A DNA stretch of 64,000 nucleotides, from the NCBI RefSeq assembly GCF_021028975.2, contig NC_059439.1:22258001-22322000 (forward strand), given 5' to 3'. A model generated the notes under the pieces. That model was not told where the DNA came from, did no database searches, and saw only the letters and a program-made list of their open reading frames with translations. Positions 30,950 to 43,345 of the stretch are shown one piece after another. Position numbers and translations under genes: made by a program. Position 1 is the first letter of the stretch, and each line of letters opens with the position of its first letter. The DNA comes from Sphaerodactylus townsendi. Taxonomy: Eukaryota.

Positions 30950-31895
30950 ATCGGCCACAGCATGGTACAATGGGCTGGCATGCACACGTCTTCCTCCAGT
31001 TGGGGATCAGACCTGCATCTCGGGCAAGGAGTGGATGCGGTGTGGTTTGGTCACTGCAGCAGGCATTGGGAGTCTCTTCTACCCACCATCTGGGATGCCC
31101 TTGGCAGGCTGGAACCCCATCGGGCAATTGTGATCCAGCTGGGAGAGAATGACTTGCCAGCCCTGACAGGCCTAGAGCTGTCCACATGGATCGAAGCCAG
31201 CTTGTATGAGCTGATGGGAATTATCCTGGAGGTGAAACTTTTCTAGTCCCACCTTCTGCCACATCTCTATTGGAGGGGCGCCAGGGACGCCCAGAAAGTG
31301 GATGAGGCATGCTGGAAAGTTTCCAAGGCAGCGGCTAAGGTGGTCTGGTTGCTGTATGGCAGCGTGATCCAGCACTCATGCATATGCCTCCAGGTGCCTG
31401 TGCTATACTCGTCTGACGGCGTACACCTTTCAGAGTGAGGCATGGATCTGTGGCTTGGGGCTATATGGCGAGCCCTGATTGATTGGCTGGATCTCCAGCA
31501 TTGCAAGTAGGGTGGGCTAGGGCTCGAGGACAGTGAGTTCCCGCACCTTTGCATGTTCGTTGAGTTCCATAGCCTTTCTAACAGGATAGCGTATGCCAGG
31601 CTGAGCAACACAGAGGCAAGGGTCTTTGGGCCAAACCGGCTGGATTGCTGCGAAGCTGCAGCTGGAGTTGCTGAGTCAGATCTGTGGTGGTTTGGGGAGA
31701 GGAGCGCATCTTTTTGGGGGGCTGAGCTTGCACACCATACCTCCCCATCTATGGGGGCCTCCATAAGAGGCTTGGGGTGGGGTGGGCTCAGGGCGCATGC
31801 GTCAAAGGCTACTGCAGGCGAGCCCGAGACCCCACCAGTGTGAGGCCCATGAAGAATGGGGCAGATGCCCCGTGGCCCAGTACCTTTGTCCTCCC
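30950..31895 (+). mobile_element. Ngaro/DIRS tyrosine-recombinase retrotransposon 3' fragment (SGNH hydrolase-like ORF remnant)
   Basis: GHSMVQWAG..., IVIQLGENDL, DGVHLS (SGNH blocks I, III, V); continues as small pieces to ~33500. Confidence 0.7.
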
Positions 31896-31903
31896 AATAA
31901 GAA

Positions 31904-33027
31904 TTTATTTATTTATTTATTTATATTTATTTATTAGTTAGATTTTTATAGCACCCCATCCCCAAGGGGCTCTGGGCGGTGTACAACATAAAATCTTGAT
32001 ACAATTATAAATATCATTTCTAAAACCTTTAAAACAGCAATAAAAATAATAGTAGACAGAGGCGTCCACTAAAACCCCATTTTTATAATCCTCCCTAAAA
32101 GGGAGAGACAGCGAGTCCCATGAGATGAAGGAGCCCAGATGTAAGGGCCAAAGCAAGGGGAGGGGGGCACCTTCAGTGGCTAGTCCCTCCAAAGGCCCAG
32201 CGGAACAACTCCATCTTACAGGCCCTGCGGAACTTGCTAAGATCCTGCAGGGCCCGGACAGCTGGAGGAAGAGTGTTCCACCACGCCGGGGCCAGAGCCG
32301 TAAAAGCCCTGGCCTGTGTGGAGGCCAGCCGCATCATGGAGGGGCCAGGGACCACCAGTAGATTGGCCTCAGCCGAATGGCCGTGTAGGGACATATGGGA
32401 TGATGCAGTCTCGGAGATACGAGGGTCCCAGGCCGCGTAAGGCCTTAAAGGTTAGCACCAACACCTTGAAGACGATTCGGAACTCTACTGGAAACCAATG
32501 CAGCTGGCGCAACACAGGCTGGATGTGATCCCAGATGGCACTGCCTGTGAGCAGGCATGCCGCCGCATGTTGGACCAGTTTCAGTCTCCGGATCAGACGC
32601 AAGGTAAGACCCGCGTAGATCGAGTTACAATAGTCTAATCTGGAGGTGACCGTTGCATGGATCACAGTGGCTAGGTCTGCTTGGGAGAGGAAGGGAGTCA
32701 GCCGCCGGGCCTGACGAAGATGGAAGAAAGCACCCCGGATTGTATGGGCCACCTGGGTCTCCATTGAAAGAGACAAATCCAGGTGGACCCCCAGGCTGCG
32801 AATGGAGGGGGTTGGTGCCAATGTGACCCCCTCCCACACCGGCGGCTGGAAAATCCCCCCCCTCCCTCGCGACCAAGCCAAAGGACCTCCGTCTTCGATG
32901 GATTCAGTTTTAACCTGCTCTGCCGCAACCAACCAGCAACCGCCTCCAAACAATGCTGTAGAGCCACAGGGGCGGTGACCGCTCCCCCCTCCATCAACAA
33001 AATGAGCTGTGTGTCATACTGATGACA
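31904..33027 (-). mobile_element. 5'-truncated L2 LINE nested in the Ngaro fragment
   Basis: ORF SLGVHLDLSLSMETQV...TVIHATVTSRLDYCNS...LHWFPVEFRIVFK; (TAAA)n tail; approximate TSD AATAAGAATT/AATCAGAATT. Confidence 0.9.
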
Positions 33028-33084
33028 AATCAGAATTAGGTTCAAGCCGGGATCAGCCAGGGATGCTGACTGGCAGATAAGATG

Positions 33085-33388
33085 AGAAGAAGAAGAAGAG
33101 TTTGGATTTATATCCCCCCTTTCTCTCCTGCAGGAGACTCAAAGGGGCTGACAATCTCCTTGCCCTTCCCCCCTCACAACAAACACCCTGTGAGGTAGGT
33201 GGGCCTGAGAGAGCTCCGAGAAGCTGTGACTAGCCCAAGGTCACCCAGCTGGCATGTGTGGGAGTGTACAGGCTAATCTGAATTCCCCAGATAAGTCTCC
33301 ACAGCTCAGGTGGCAGAGCTGGGAATCGAACCTGGTTCCTCCAGATTAGATACACGAGCTCTTAACCTCCTACGCCACTGCTGCTCCT
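33085..33388 (-). mobile_element. tRNA-derived SINE
   Basis: Reverse complement of the family at 4421-4797. Confidence 0.85.
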
Positions 33389-34711
33389 CTTGCTCGCCCA
33401 GCTTCGGTATATTAATTATAAATAAAGGGCTGCGGCCCATTTCAATCCAAACCATGTCGGTAGTTATTACAAAGACGCCTCTGCACATCTGGCTGCAATG
33501 GCAAAATTCTGATGTAGTAATTGGTGTGGATTTTATCTTGTGAACTTGATCTTATTTCATGTACTGAGACGGAGACATGTTGTATTAATTATCAGGCTAT
33601 GTTTGATAGGAAAACAGAAAAACCAGTATAGCAGAGGGAAAAGGGTTTCAGTCTCAGCTTGCAGTTAGGTGAAATGACCTCTTGGGAATAAATTGTCGAG
33701 CTCACAATATAAATGGATCTCTTTCTCTTTACACAGCCTTTTTGGTATTGGTTAGAATGGCATTAGGCATGCACATGATAGCATGTCTCACAACTAGATT
33801 TGAGGAATGAATTGGTGAAAAGGATGTATGTTTTTAAGCAGTTGGGGAAGATATTGAATTTGATGCTTTCAAAGTTCTTAAAATTTTTATTGCATCATGT
33901 GGGTTTAGTGCTGGTGTCTGTTACTCTGTACAGTTTCCTGAACTCCTATTCTGAATTCTGTGTTTATTGTTCATGCTACTCAACAATTTGATCATACGAG
34001 CATATGGAACGCAGACACAACGTTTGTAAACCCAGAGGGAGTCTTAGCAGAAATGGGCACAAGAATCCCCAAAATAAACAAAAATGAGGCAGAAGTACTT
34101 GGAACGCTGTCTCCTTCCAGGTATTCAATCATTTATAACATTTGATAATCACTAAGTGTGAATGTGTGTGTGTGTATAGAATTATGGCAGAAAAGTTAAA
34201 GTTAATGCTTCACATAAACTATAACCTTTAACTTAACTATCTGAAACTGTTGCATTGAAGAGACATTCAAAGTTTATCACAGAATGTTTAAATACAGAAT
34301 AAGAATTTGGATTGCTGCTAAGGAAAACGTCAACAGCCTCAATTTCAATGTACAGATTATTGTGTAAGAATGATATCAATGCACGTGTAAGCTGTAGTCA
34401 GATCCATTCATTTAGTGAGATCAGATGTGTTTTCTGTTCAAGTTGCCACTATCTATAAACATAGAATTTGTACATGCATACATCAGTTTCATTTAATATA
34501 AGAATATTGTGTTCGAAGACAGCACCTTGTTATCTGCCAATTTTGTCCATGAATGTCTGATTTACTCTCTATTCAATTCAATACAGAACTGCCTTGTAAA
34601 CTGAGATGGTTAAACAACAAAGCCAGATCAATAGTTCACTGAGATGACAAGATTAAAACTTATTCTGTAATACATCATACAGGTTGACTGAAGCTGGATA
34701 TTGAGGGCACA

Positions 34712-35677
34712 ATGCAAAATATTACTTCAACATCTCACTTCCTGCTCTTGGAATTCTCTGACATCCGAGAAGTACAGATCATATACTCCTTTGTGTTCTT
34801 CACAGTATACTTGACTGCAGTGACTGGCAATCTTCTCATCATTCTTGCCGTAGCCTTGGACCATCATCTGCACACCCCCATGTACTTCTTTCTCATGAAT
34901 TTGGCCATTCTGGACCTTGGCTCAGTTTCTGTCACAGTACCCAAAGCCATCGCCAATTCTCTCATGAACAGCAGGTCAATTTCTTATTCAGGATGTGTAG
35001 CTCAAGTTTTCTTTTTCTTTTTATTTGTAGGGATAGATTTAGCCATTCTAACAGTAATGGCGCATGATCGGTATGTGGCTATCTGCAATCCACTACAATA
35101 TGAGACCATTATGCACAAATATGCCTGCATTCAGATGGCAGTCAGTGCATGGATTGTTGGTACACTCAATGGTATATTGCACACTGGAGGAACTTTTGCT
35201 ATCACCTTCTGTTCCAACATGATTGATCAGATCTTCTGTGAAGTACCACAGATTTTAAAACTGGCCTGTTCAGATATGTATCTAATTGAAGTTGGTTTTG
35301 TTATGTTTAGCTGTTCCCTTGCACTAGGATGTTTCATCTTCATCATTGTCACCTACTCACAGATTTTTGCAGCAGTGCTCAGAATCCCTTCCGTCCATGG
35401 TCAGAAAAAGGCCATGTCTACTTGCCTTCCTCACCTCACCGTGGTCTCTCTATTTATATTTATTGGCATCTTTGCCTATTTGAGGCCTCAGAGTTACACT
35501 TCATCTGACCTGAATGTTCTTTCTGCAATAATTTATGCTATAGTCCCCCATTTGCTCAATCCATTCATTTATAGCATGAGGAACAAAGAAATCAAGACTG
35601 CATTATTGAAGTTGTCTGATTGTGAGTATTTTCCAAAAATATTTGCTAGCAAAGCTTTTCAACAAAAATTGGGTTGA
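34712..35677 (+). CDS. Olfactory receptor, family 14-like, 321 aa (OR-C; older tandem paralogue of OR-B)
   Basis: MQNITS, LHTPMYFFL, MAHDRYVAICNPL, KAMSTCLPHL, LLNPFIYSMRN; flanks homologous to OR-B flanks. Confidence 0.95.
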   Translation: MQNITSTSHFLLLEFSDIREVQIIYSFVFFTVYLTAVTGNLLIILAVALDHHLHTPMYFFLMNLAILDLGSVSVTVPKAIANSLMNSRSISYSGCVAQVFFFFLFVGIDLAILTVMAHDRYVAICNPLQYETIMHKYACIQMAVSAWIVGTLNGILHTGGTFAITFCSNMIDQIFCEVPQILKLACSDMYLIEVGFVMFSCSLALGCFIFIIVTYSQIFAAVLRIPSVHGQKKAMSTCLPHLTVVSLFIFIGIFAYLRPQSYTSSDLNVLSAIIYAIVPHLLNPFIYSMRNKEIKTALLKLSDCEYFPKIFASKAFQQKLG

Positions 35678-36690
35678 ACCATCTTGTCCTTAGAATGAGA
35701 CTTCTTTATTTGGTAAAGCTGAATTAGTAAACAAATTTGAAAAAATCCTGATTCAGCATTTATTAGGTTTTATTCGACCCAAATACAAGCCATAACAAAA
35801 AAAAACCCTGTGCCTGCAATTTAGAAAAATTGATGAACCAATTGGCTTGTTCACAACTAGAGAGCCTAACTTGCAGGTATCCCAGAATTAACAGGTATAG
35901 ACTATGCTCTGTTCTTGGGTGGCACTGTTAACATCTGAGCAGAAATTCCCAATATGTTTTTTTAATGAATGTTTTTTCAAACGAGGTGGGGTTGTTTTGA
36001 TTATTTGGTGTGTATTTTAGCACAGTCCAGTTTTAAAATGCACAAAAGCATCATTTTTACAATGTTATATTGATATATCGATATACCAGTATCAGAGTAT
36101 AATAAACATTGAAATAATAAACTTGTTTTTGTGATCTAATTTGTGACTGTATAAAACAAATAAATTAATGAATGAATAAAATGATAAATCTGGAAAGATT
36201 CCTTGTCCAGTGCTAGTCCACTGTTTCCATTCTCTGACAGGAAGCAAGAGAGTCAAGAATAGTGGGACACAGACCACGTGGAACAATGTGATTCACCTCT
36301 GGAACACTCTCCCGATTCCCAATCATCACTTTCCCATGCTCTGTTAAATGCAAACTGTTCTGTGTCTCATTTGTTCTAATACATAGAAGTTAGAGGGAGG
36401 AGGGGTATTAAGGGCAGTAAACAGGTGGTGGAAAAATGATCTGACAGAATGGGGAGGAAGTAGGAAGGAGTCATTCACAACAGGAAGGGGGAAGAAAATG
36501 GCTTCTATGGTAGTGAAATGGAATGGAAGAGGTGAGGCAAAGTAGGCTGCCAGTGGGTGGAGGGAAGATGTCAGGTCAAAGCTCTGCTCACTGGCTACTC
36601 TTTAAGTTGAATGTAATTTAAATGTATTTTAACTATATTACTGGTAGATTGGATTTTAACTATTGTAACTGTTTTAATTGTTTATTTCAT

Positions 36691-38477
36691 TAAGAACATA
36701 AGAACATAAGAACAAGCCAGCAGGATCAGACCAGAGTCCATCTATCCAGCTCTCTGCTACTCGCAGTGGCCAACCAGATGCCTTTGGGAGCTCACATGCA
36801 GGATGTGAAAGCAATGGCCTTCTGTGGCTGTTGCTCCCGATCACCTGGTCTATTAAGGCATTTGCAATCTCAGATCAAAAAGTTCAAGATTGGTAGCCAT
36901 AGATCGACTTCTCCTCCATAAATCTGTCCAAGCCCCTTTTAAAGCTATCCAGGTTAGTGGCCATCACCACCTCCTGTGGCAGCATATTCCAAACACCAAT
37001 CACACGTTGCGTGAAGAAGTGTTTCCTTTTATTAGTCCTAATTCTTCCCCCCAGCATTTTCAATGTATGCCCCCGGGTTCTAGTATTGTGAGAAAGAGAG
37101 AAAAATTTCTCTCTGTCAACATTTTCTACCCCATGCATAATTTTATAGACTTCAATCATATCCCCCTCATCCGTCTCCTCTCCAAACTAAAGAGTCCCAA
37201 ACGCTTCAGCCTCTCCTCATAGGGAAGGTGCTCCAGTCCCTCAATCATCCTCGTTGCCCTTCTCTGCACTTTTTCTATCTCCTCGATATCCTTTTTGAGA
37301 TGCAGCGACCAGAACTGGACACAGTACTCCAAGTGCGGTCGCACCACTGCTTTATATAAGGGCATGACAATTCTTGCAGTTTTATTATCAATTCCTTTCC
37401 TAATGATCCCCAGCATAGAGTTTGCCTTTTTCACAGCTGCCATGCATTGAGTTGACATTCCCACGGAACTATCAACTAAGACGCCCAAATCCCTTTCCTG
37501 CTCTGTGACTGATAGCACTGACCCCTGTAGCGTGTATGTGAAGTTTGGATTTTTTGCCCCTATGTGCATCACTTTGCATTTTGCTACATTGAACTGCATT
37601 TGCCATTTTTTAGCCCACTCACCTAATTCATCAAGGTCCGCTTGGAGCTCTTCGCAATCCTTTGTGGTTCTCACCACCCTACATAATTTGATATCATCTG
37701 CAAACTTGGCCACCACGCTGCCCACCCATACTTCCAGGTCATTTATGAATAGGTTAAAGAGCACTGGTCCCAAAACGGATCCTTTTGGGACACCACTCCC
37801 TACATCTCTCCATTGTTAGAATTTCCCATTTACACCCACTCTTTGTTTCCTGTTTCTCAACCAGTTTTTAATCCATAGGAGGACTTCCCCTCTTATTCCT
37901 TTATTGCTCAGTTTTCTCAACAGTGAGGAACTTTGTCAAAAGCCTTTTGGAAATCCAAGTAGACAATGTTCACTGGTTCCCCCTTATCCACATGCCTATT
38001 TACACCTTCAAAGAACTCTAGTAAGTTTGTAAGACAGGATTTGCCTCTGCAAAAGCCATGCTGACTCTTTCTCAGCAGGTCTTGCTTTTCTACATGTTTT
38101 ATAATTTTATCTTTAATGATAGATTCTACTAATTTACCAGGAACAGATGTCAAACTGACTGGCCTGTAATTTCCTGGGTCCCCCCTAGATCCTTTCTTAA
38201 AGATTGGTGTGACATTGGCCATCTTCCAGTCTTCAGGGATGGAGGCTGATTTCAGGGATAAGTTGCATATTAAAGTGAGAACATCAGCAATTTCATGCTT
38301 GAGCTCTTTAAGAACTCTTGGGTGAATGCAATCTGGGCCAGGGGATTTGGTAGCATTTAGTTTATCAATGGCTGCCAGAACTTCTTCCTTGTCTACCACT
38401 ATCTTCGCTAGTTCCTTGGATTCGCCTCCCAAGAAGCATAGTTCAGGTGCAGGAATTTTCCTTACCTCCTCTTGGGT
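36691..38477 (-). mobile_element. 5'-truncated CR1 LINE (RT and C-terminus), nested in an L2 3' tail
   Basis: KSPGPDCIHPRVLKEL, GNYRPVSLTSVPGK, YLDFQKAFDKVPH, KFADDIKL, VRPHLEYCVQFW; (TTCTTATG)n tail. Confidence 0.95.
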
Positions 38478-38929
38478 ATTTTCCTTACCTCCTTTTGGGT
38501 ATTTACTAATGTAATCCACTCTGAGCCCTTGTGGGAGGGCGGTGTACAAATAAATAAATACATAAATAAATAATCTGTCTTCACTTTGTTGACGAAGAAA
38601 ATTATAATGGCACTTAAAGTGGTATTCCTTGACTTGGGGAGAATGGAAACTGAAAGTGGGTTTGGGGCAGAACATCTGTACAAGAAATCTCATCCTGACA
38701 GATGTTCACCTTTGCAGCACAGCAGACACCTTGCAAACAACTGGCTTTTGTTAGGACACAGTGAAGGGAAATCTACGTATTACACACAAATTAAAATTCA
38801 AGGTTCCTTCATCTGAGATTCTTTCAGGGTTGGCCGAACATTTTTTGCCACTCTAGTTGAATTAGCATGTCCGTTCCCAGGCAAATTAGAAGTCTGAATA
38901 GATGTATATTTTGTGTAAGAAATATTTCA

Positions 38930-39477
38930 TAAGAACATAAGAACATAAGAAATCGTGCTTCAGCTGGATCTGGGACTTCAGGAGTCCATCTAGTCCTAGG
39001 CTCTTTGCTACTTCCTGCAGAGGGCCTTACCTCTAGGTGCCTTTGGGAGCTCACATGCAGGATGTGAATGCAATGGCCTTCTGTGGCTGTTGCTCCCGAT
39101 CACCTGGTCTGCTAAGGCATTTGCAATCTCAGATCAAGGAGGATCAAGATTGGTAGCCATAAATCGACTTCTCCTCCATAAATATGTCCAAGCCCCTTTT
39201 AAAGCTATCCAGGTTAGTGGCCATCACCACCTCCTGTGGCAGCATATTCCAAACACCAATCACACGTTGCGTGAAGAAGTGTTTCCTTTTATTAGTTCTA
39301 ATTCTTCCCCCCAGCATTTTCAATGTATGCCCCCTGGTTCTAGTATTGTGAGAAAGAGAGAAAAATTTCTCTCTGTCAACATTTTCTACCCAATGCATAA
39401 TTTTGTAGATGGAGCCTTCAGGGATGTCTTCAGGGATGGAGCCTGATTTCAGGGATAAGTTGCATATTAAAGTGAGA
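38930..39477 (-). mobile_element. Second CR1 copy with internal deletion
   Basis: 3' ~480 bp matches 36691-37150, then jumps to sequence matching 38231-38280. Confidence 0.9.
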
Positions 39478-39770
39478 AAATTCTATTTAATTTTGCACTT
39501 GTTAATGCCTGGTAGAAAGACAATAATCTCATTCACTTATCTTTATGGTTAGCCTGGACTTTAGTGACCTTAGAATTATGGTCCTCCAGCTATAAGGCTA
39601 TGGTTTTGTTACCATGGCCTTCATCCCCTGCCTTAGGAAATAGTGGATTTTATATTATTTCTCATGCTGTGTGTTATGAAATGCCAGTTTCTATGTTTGT
39701 ATGGGTGGATAGCAGTGTCCAGACTGAGAGCAAGCCTAAGGCAAAACAATCTGTTTGCAGATATTAGATT

Positions 39771-40636
39771 TGTGAGTTACTCAAGTGATACAACTTGGAC
39801 ACCTCACACAGGGACATGAATCTTTGATTATCTCACCCTGCCAGAGTACTCCATTGACATAATGAAATCTGCAAATCTCCTGAACACCACACCACACCTC
39901 GCTAAGCTGCTTTTGGAAGCCACTGTGCTTTTGAGAAAACATTTCTCCAAACAATTGCTTCTTCCTTGCATTCCCCACACCTTTCAGATATGATCTCCTT
40001 AACAACAAGATCCCATCCTAATTCACTCAAGCCTCAGCCAAATCTGAATACTTAAGGCAGAGACTTTAGGAAGTACCTCTGCATAAACCATTCATGGTAT
40101 CACTGATATAGTCTAGGACCAATTGACCCCATTGTCCCGAGAAGCAGAGACAATAGATAGAGCTGTTAATTAGCTCAAGCCCCGCAAGTCCAGCACGGAA
40201 ATCCCAAGCAGTTTCAGAGAAACGAAACCTAAGCATGAAGTTCCCGCCAAACCAGTGATCCACCCTATAAAAGAGCTACACACCTTAAGCTCAGTTCTCA
40301 ATAATAGCTTGAACCTCTCTTGGTCGCATTGGTGTGAGACACGATATCGTCCTTCGCATTGGGTTTCTATGCTGGCATAGAAATCTTTGCCTTCTTCTAG
40401 ATCTTCATCAGCTGATTTAGGTAACGTATAAGTTCCCTGCTTCCCCAACTCCCCTCCTATCATCCAACCTATCTATTTCCTCCCTGTTTATATACCTAGG
40501 AACTGTGTGTATGTGCCTTTACGTCTCTCTGTATGATTGCTTGCAAACAAAATTTATATAAAAATATTTAAACTGCAATTTGGTCTTTTGTGAATTCTCT
40601 GCGGATACGTTTCAAGCTGTTTCTGGCATAGTTGTC
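39771..40636 (+). mobile_element. Probable old LTR with degenerate PBS
   Basis: TG start, TATAAAA at ~40266, ends TTTCA at 40614, followed by TGGCATAGTTG (resembles a CpG-decayed tRNA-Ser PBS TGGCGTAGTCG); boundaries uncertain. Confidence 0.4.
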
Positions 40637-40810
40637 TAAAAAGATCCCCTCCCAGCCTGCCTCTCATATTGCCAAGCCGAGTAATTCCCCATTGCTCTAT
40701 AAAAATATACGTTCATNNNNNNNNNNNNNNNNNNNNNNNNNNNNNNNNNNNNNNNNNNNNNNNNNNNNNNNNNNNNNNNNNNNNNNNNNNNNNNNNNNNN
40801 NNNNNNNNNN

Positions 40811-43345
40811 GCTCACGGTTTTGGTGTGTATTTCCCAGGTCAGTGGGCACAGGGCCTTTGGCCTCCAGCTTGGGTACACAGGGCATCACCAGGGACCCTA
40901 CTCTTCTAGAACTGTTCCCCATCTTGGTGGCGGTGCACATTTGGCACAATCTCCGCCTCAATAAAAGGGTGCTTTTCTGGTGCTGGCAACCAGGCGGTGA
41001 TGCGCAGGGTGAACAGGCAGTCGCAGCAAATCTGCACGGGTCATGCGTTTGGTTCACAGAATCTTGTTCTCACCTGTATCACCTATAACATTTCTTTTAA
41101 AGCTGCTTTCGCTTCAGGGTTTGCAAAATGAGATTGCTGATGCTTTATCTCGCCAGTAGGTGGGATCGATTCTCGGCGCCTTGCCCTCAAGGAGCTGTTC
41201 CCGGGCGACAGTGCCAGCGTCCCTGTGGGAACCTTGGCAGCCAACCGGGCTACTCATCACAGGTGTTTTAAACTCGTTGGTACCGGCAACACGCAGGCAG
41301 TAATGGCCAGAGCCGTATGCTGACTTCTGGAGCTATGCAGCGTCCAAGGTCTGGGCCGTCTGTGGTAGGTGGGACACAGGCCTCCCACTGGAGTATTTAA
41401 GTACAACCTACGGGGCGGGGGATGCACCCATGCTCCAAGGGGGTCCAACTGGGCGGGCATCGCCTTTTACTGCAGGGGTTTCGGGCTTCCTGGGATGTGA
41501 CCCATGCGTTAGTAGTTCGGCCGCTGGTGGCGGGCTGGTGAGCGGGTGGGCCCCAGACTGAGGGACCTCCGGCGCTTCAGTCACCAGGGAGGTGTTGCAG
41601 GCAGTCACCGGGGAGCTATGCAGGTGTGTACCCCACGCTATGAGCAAGCATTTACTTTTCGCAGCCGCCTTTCACCTGGCGCATCATGGGGCTTTCTGTG
41701 GCCCAGGGAACTAGTTGCCCCCACTAGGGGACCGGCCGGGCCCAGCACCAAGGCTGCAAAGGGAGCACCTCATCCTGTCGGGGGACATGGTCTATGCACA
41801 CATTCCCCAAACCACTAGGAAGGCTAATGCAGACTGGGTCACCATGCCGGGTCCTGCCTGGCCACTGCCACCTGCCCCGGCCTCCCCTCATCTCTCTTGG
41901 CTTCGGCACAGGCCTCGGATGGGTGGCGGCGTCTCTTGCACACGAGGACTGCTTCCCCCTCACCAGGTTCCAGATGCTGGCGGTAAGCCTGCATGCTTGG
42001 CATCGGCCGGGCTGCCAGCCACCCGCTTCTTTGCACTCTTTTCGAACTAGCCGCTTACAACCGCAGCGCAGGGAGGGCAGGGGCCCAGGGAGGACATCCG
42101 TACCCTGGGAAGTGGGGTGGGCGGTCGGGGGCTTTTTTTTCGGGCTTACATTCGCCTTCATCTGACTTGTTGATTCTCTCCACAGTGCCTCCAGGGGACG
42201 CCGCAGACCAAGTTTTTTTTTGACAGGTGTGGGTCATGGGGCACAGCCTTGTCAGCCAGAGACGGAAACCACACCTGCTCATCTGAATGGGGCCAGCATC
42301 TCGGACTCGGGGCTCACGAAGGGATTACCTGGCTGGGGCAAGGGGCACATGCTCTGGCATGAAACTTGAGCCCAAGCTCATCGAAAGTACATTTTCCAGT
42401 TGGCCACACCTGATCTCCTAGTTATCCACCTGGGGGAGGAGGATCTCCCGGCCAGGTCGGCTCTGGAACTCACAGGCGGTGGCCACCATCGCCATGGAGC
42501 TCTCGCCAGGCATCAGCCCTGCATGACCTTGGTCTGGTCCGAGCTGCTGCTGGGTCCACTGGAGGGGAGTTGTGGACCCCACTGCCGCGGGACAGGGCTT
42601 GCAAAAAAGTCAACAAGTATGTCAGCTTGGCAGGAAAAGTGGTGCTCTTCCTTGGGGGAGCGGTGGTGGACCATGCTGTATCACCCGGGACAACAAAGAA
42701 CTTTTTTGAGCCGGGATGGTATCCTACCACCTGCTGGGGCATGACCCTGTGGCTTCCATCCGTCCAGTACACCCTCCTCCGCTGGGCTAAACTGGCCAAG
42801 CACAGGCTCAGGCTTGAGGAGGCTAATGGGAGCTGCAAGGGGGGCAGCTCGTGGCGGGTTTGCAATGGGTGTCGCACATCTGGGGAGAAAACGAGCCTTC
42901 CGGCTGGGTCTCCCAGGCTTGTGCCCTGTGGAAGGGCCGGGGGGGTGGGGCAGGCAGGCTGGCAGGCCGGGCAGGCTAGGTCAGCGTCTCGGCCGACCCC
43001 CCAGGGAGTGGGGTCGGGTCGGGCCGATAGGCGGCCGAGGGCTTAGCCAGTGCCCGACACCCCAGCAAGCAAGGAGAGGAGGGCGGGCCGATAGGCGGCC
43101 ATGGGCTTAGCCGGTGCCCGTCTCCTCAGCAGGGGCGGGCGGTGAAGTCGGGAGTGTTATCACTTGGCTTCCCTTCCCGTCAGTTCCCAATGGAGATTGG
43201 GATCTGATGTTCGACCCGTTTGCCGCCCAGCTCTTTTGTACATAGTTCATGTTGATTATGTTATTGAATACACAAACTGGCTTTCAAGTGCCCATTCCTT
43301 TCCAGCCTGTCGTTGTTGTGTGATTATTGAGCGAAGTAAAGTCTC
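40811..43345 (+). mobile_element. Decayed Ngaro/DIRS retrotransposon (RNase H, YR, SGNH remnants)
   Basis: LLELFPILVAVHIW..RVLFWC (RNase H), PLTRFQ..LHSFR (YR), VWVMGHSLV and PDLLVIHLGEEDL (SGNH); GC-rich repeated 3' end. Confidence 0.75.
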
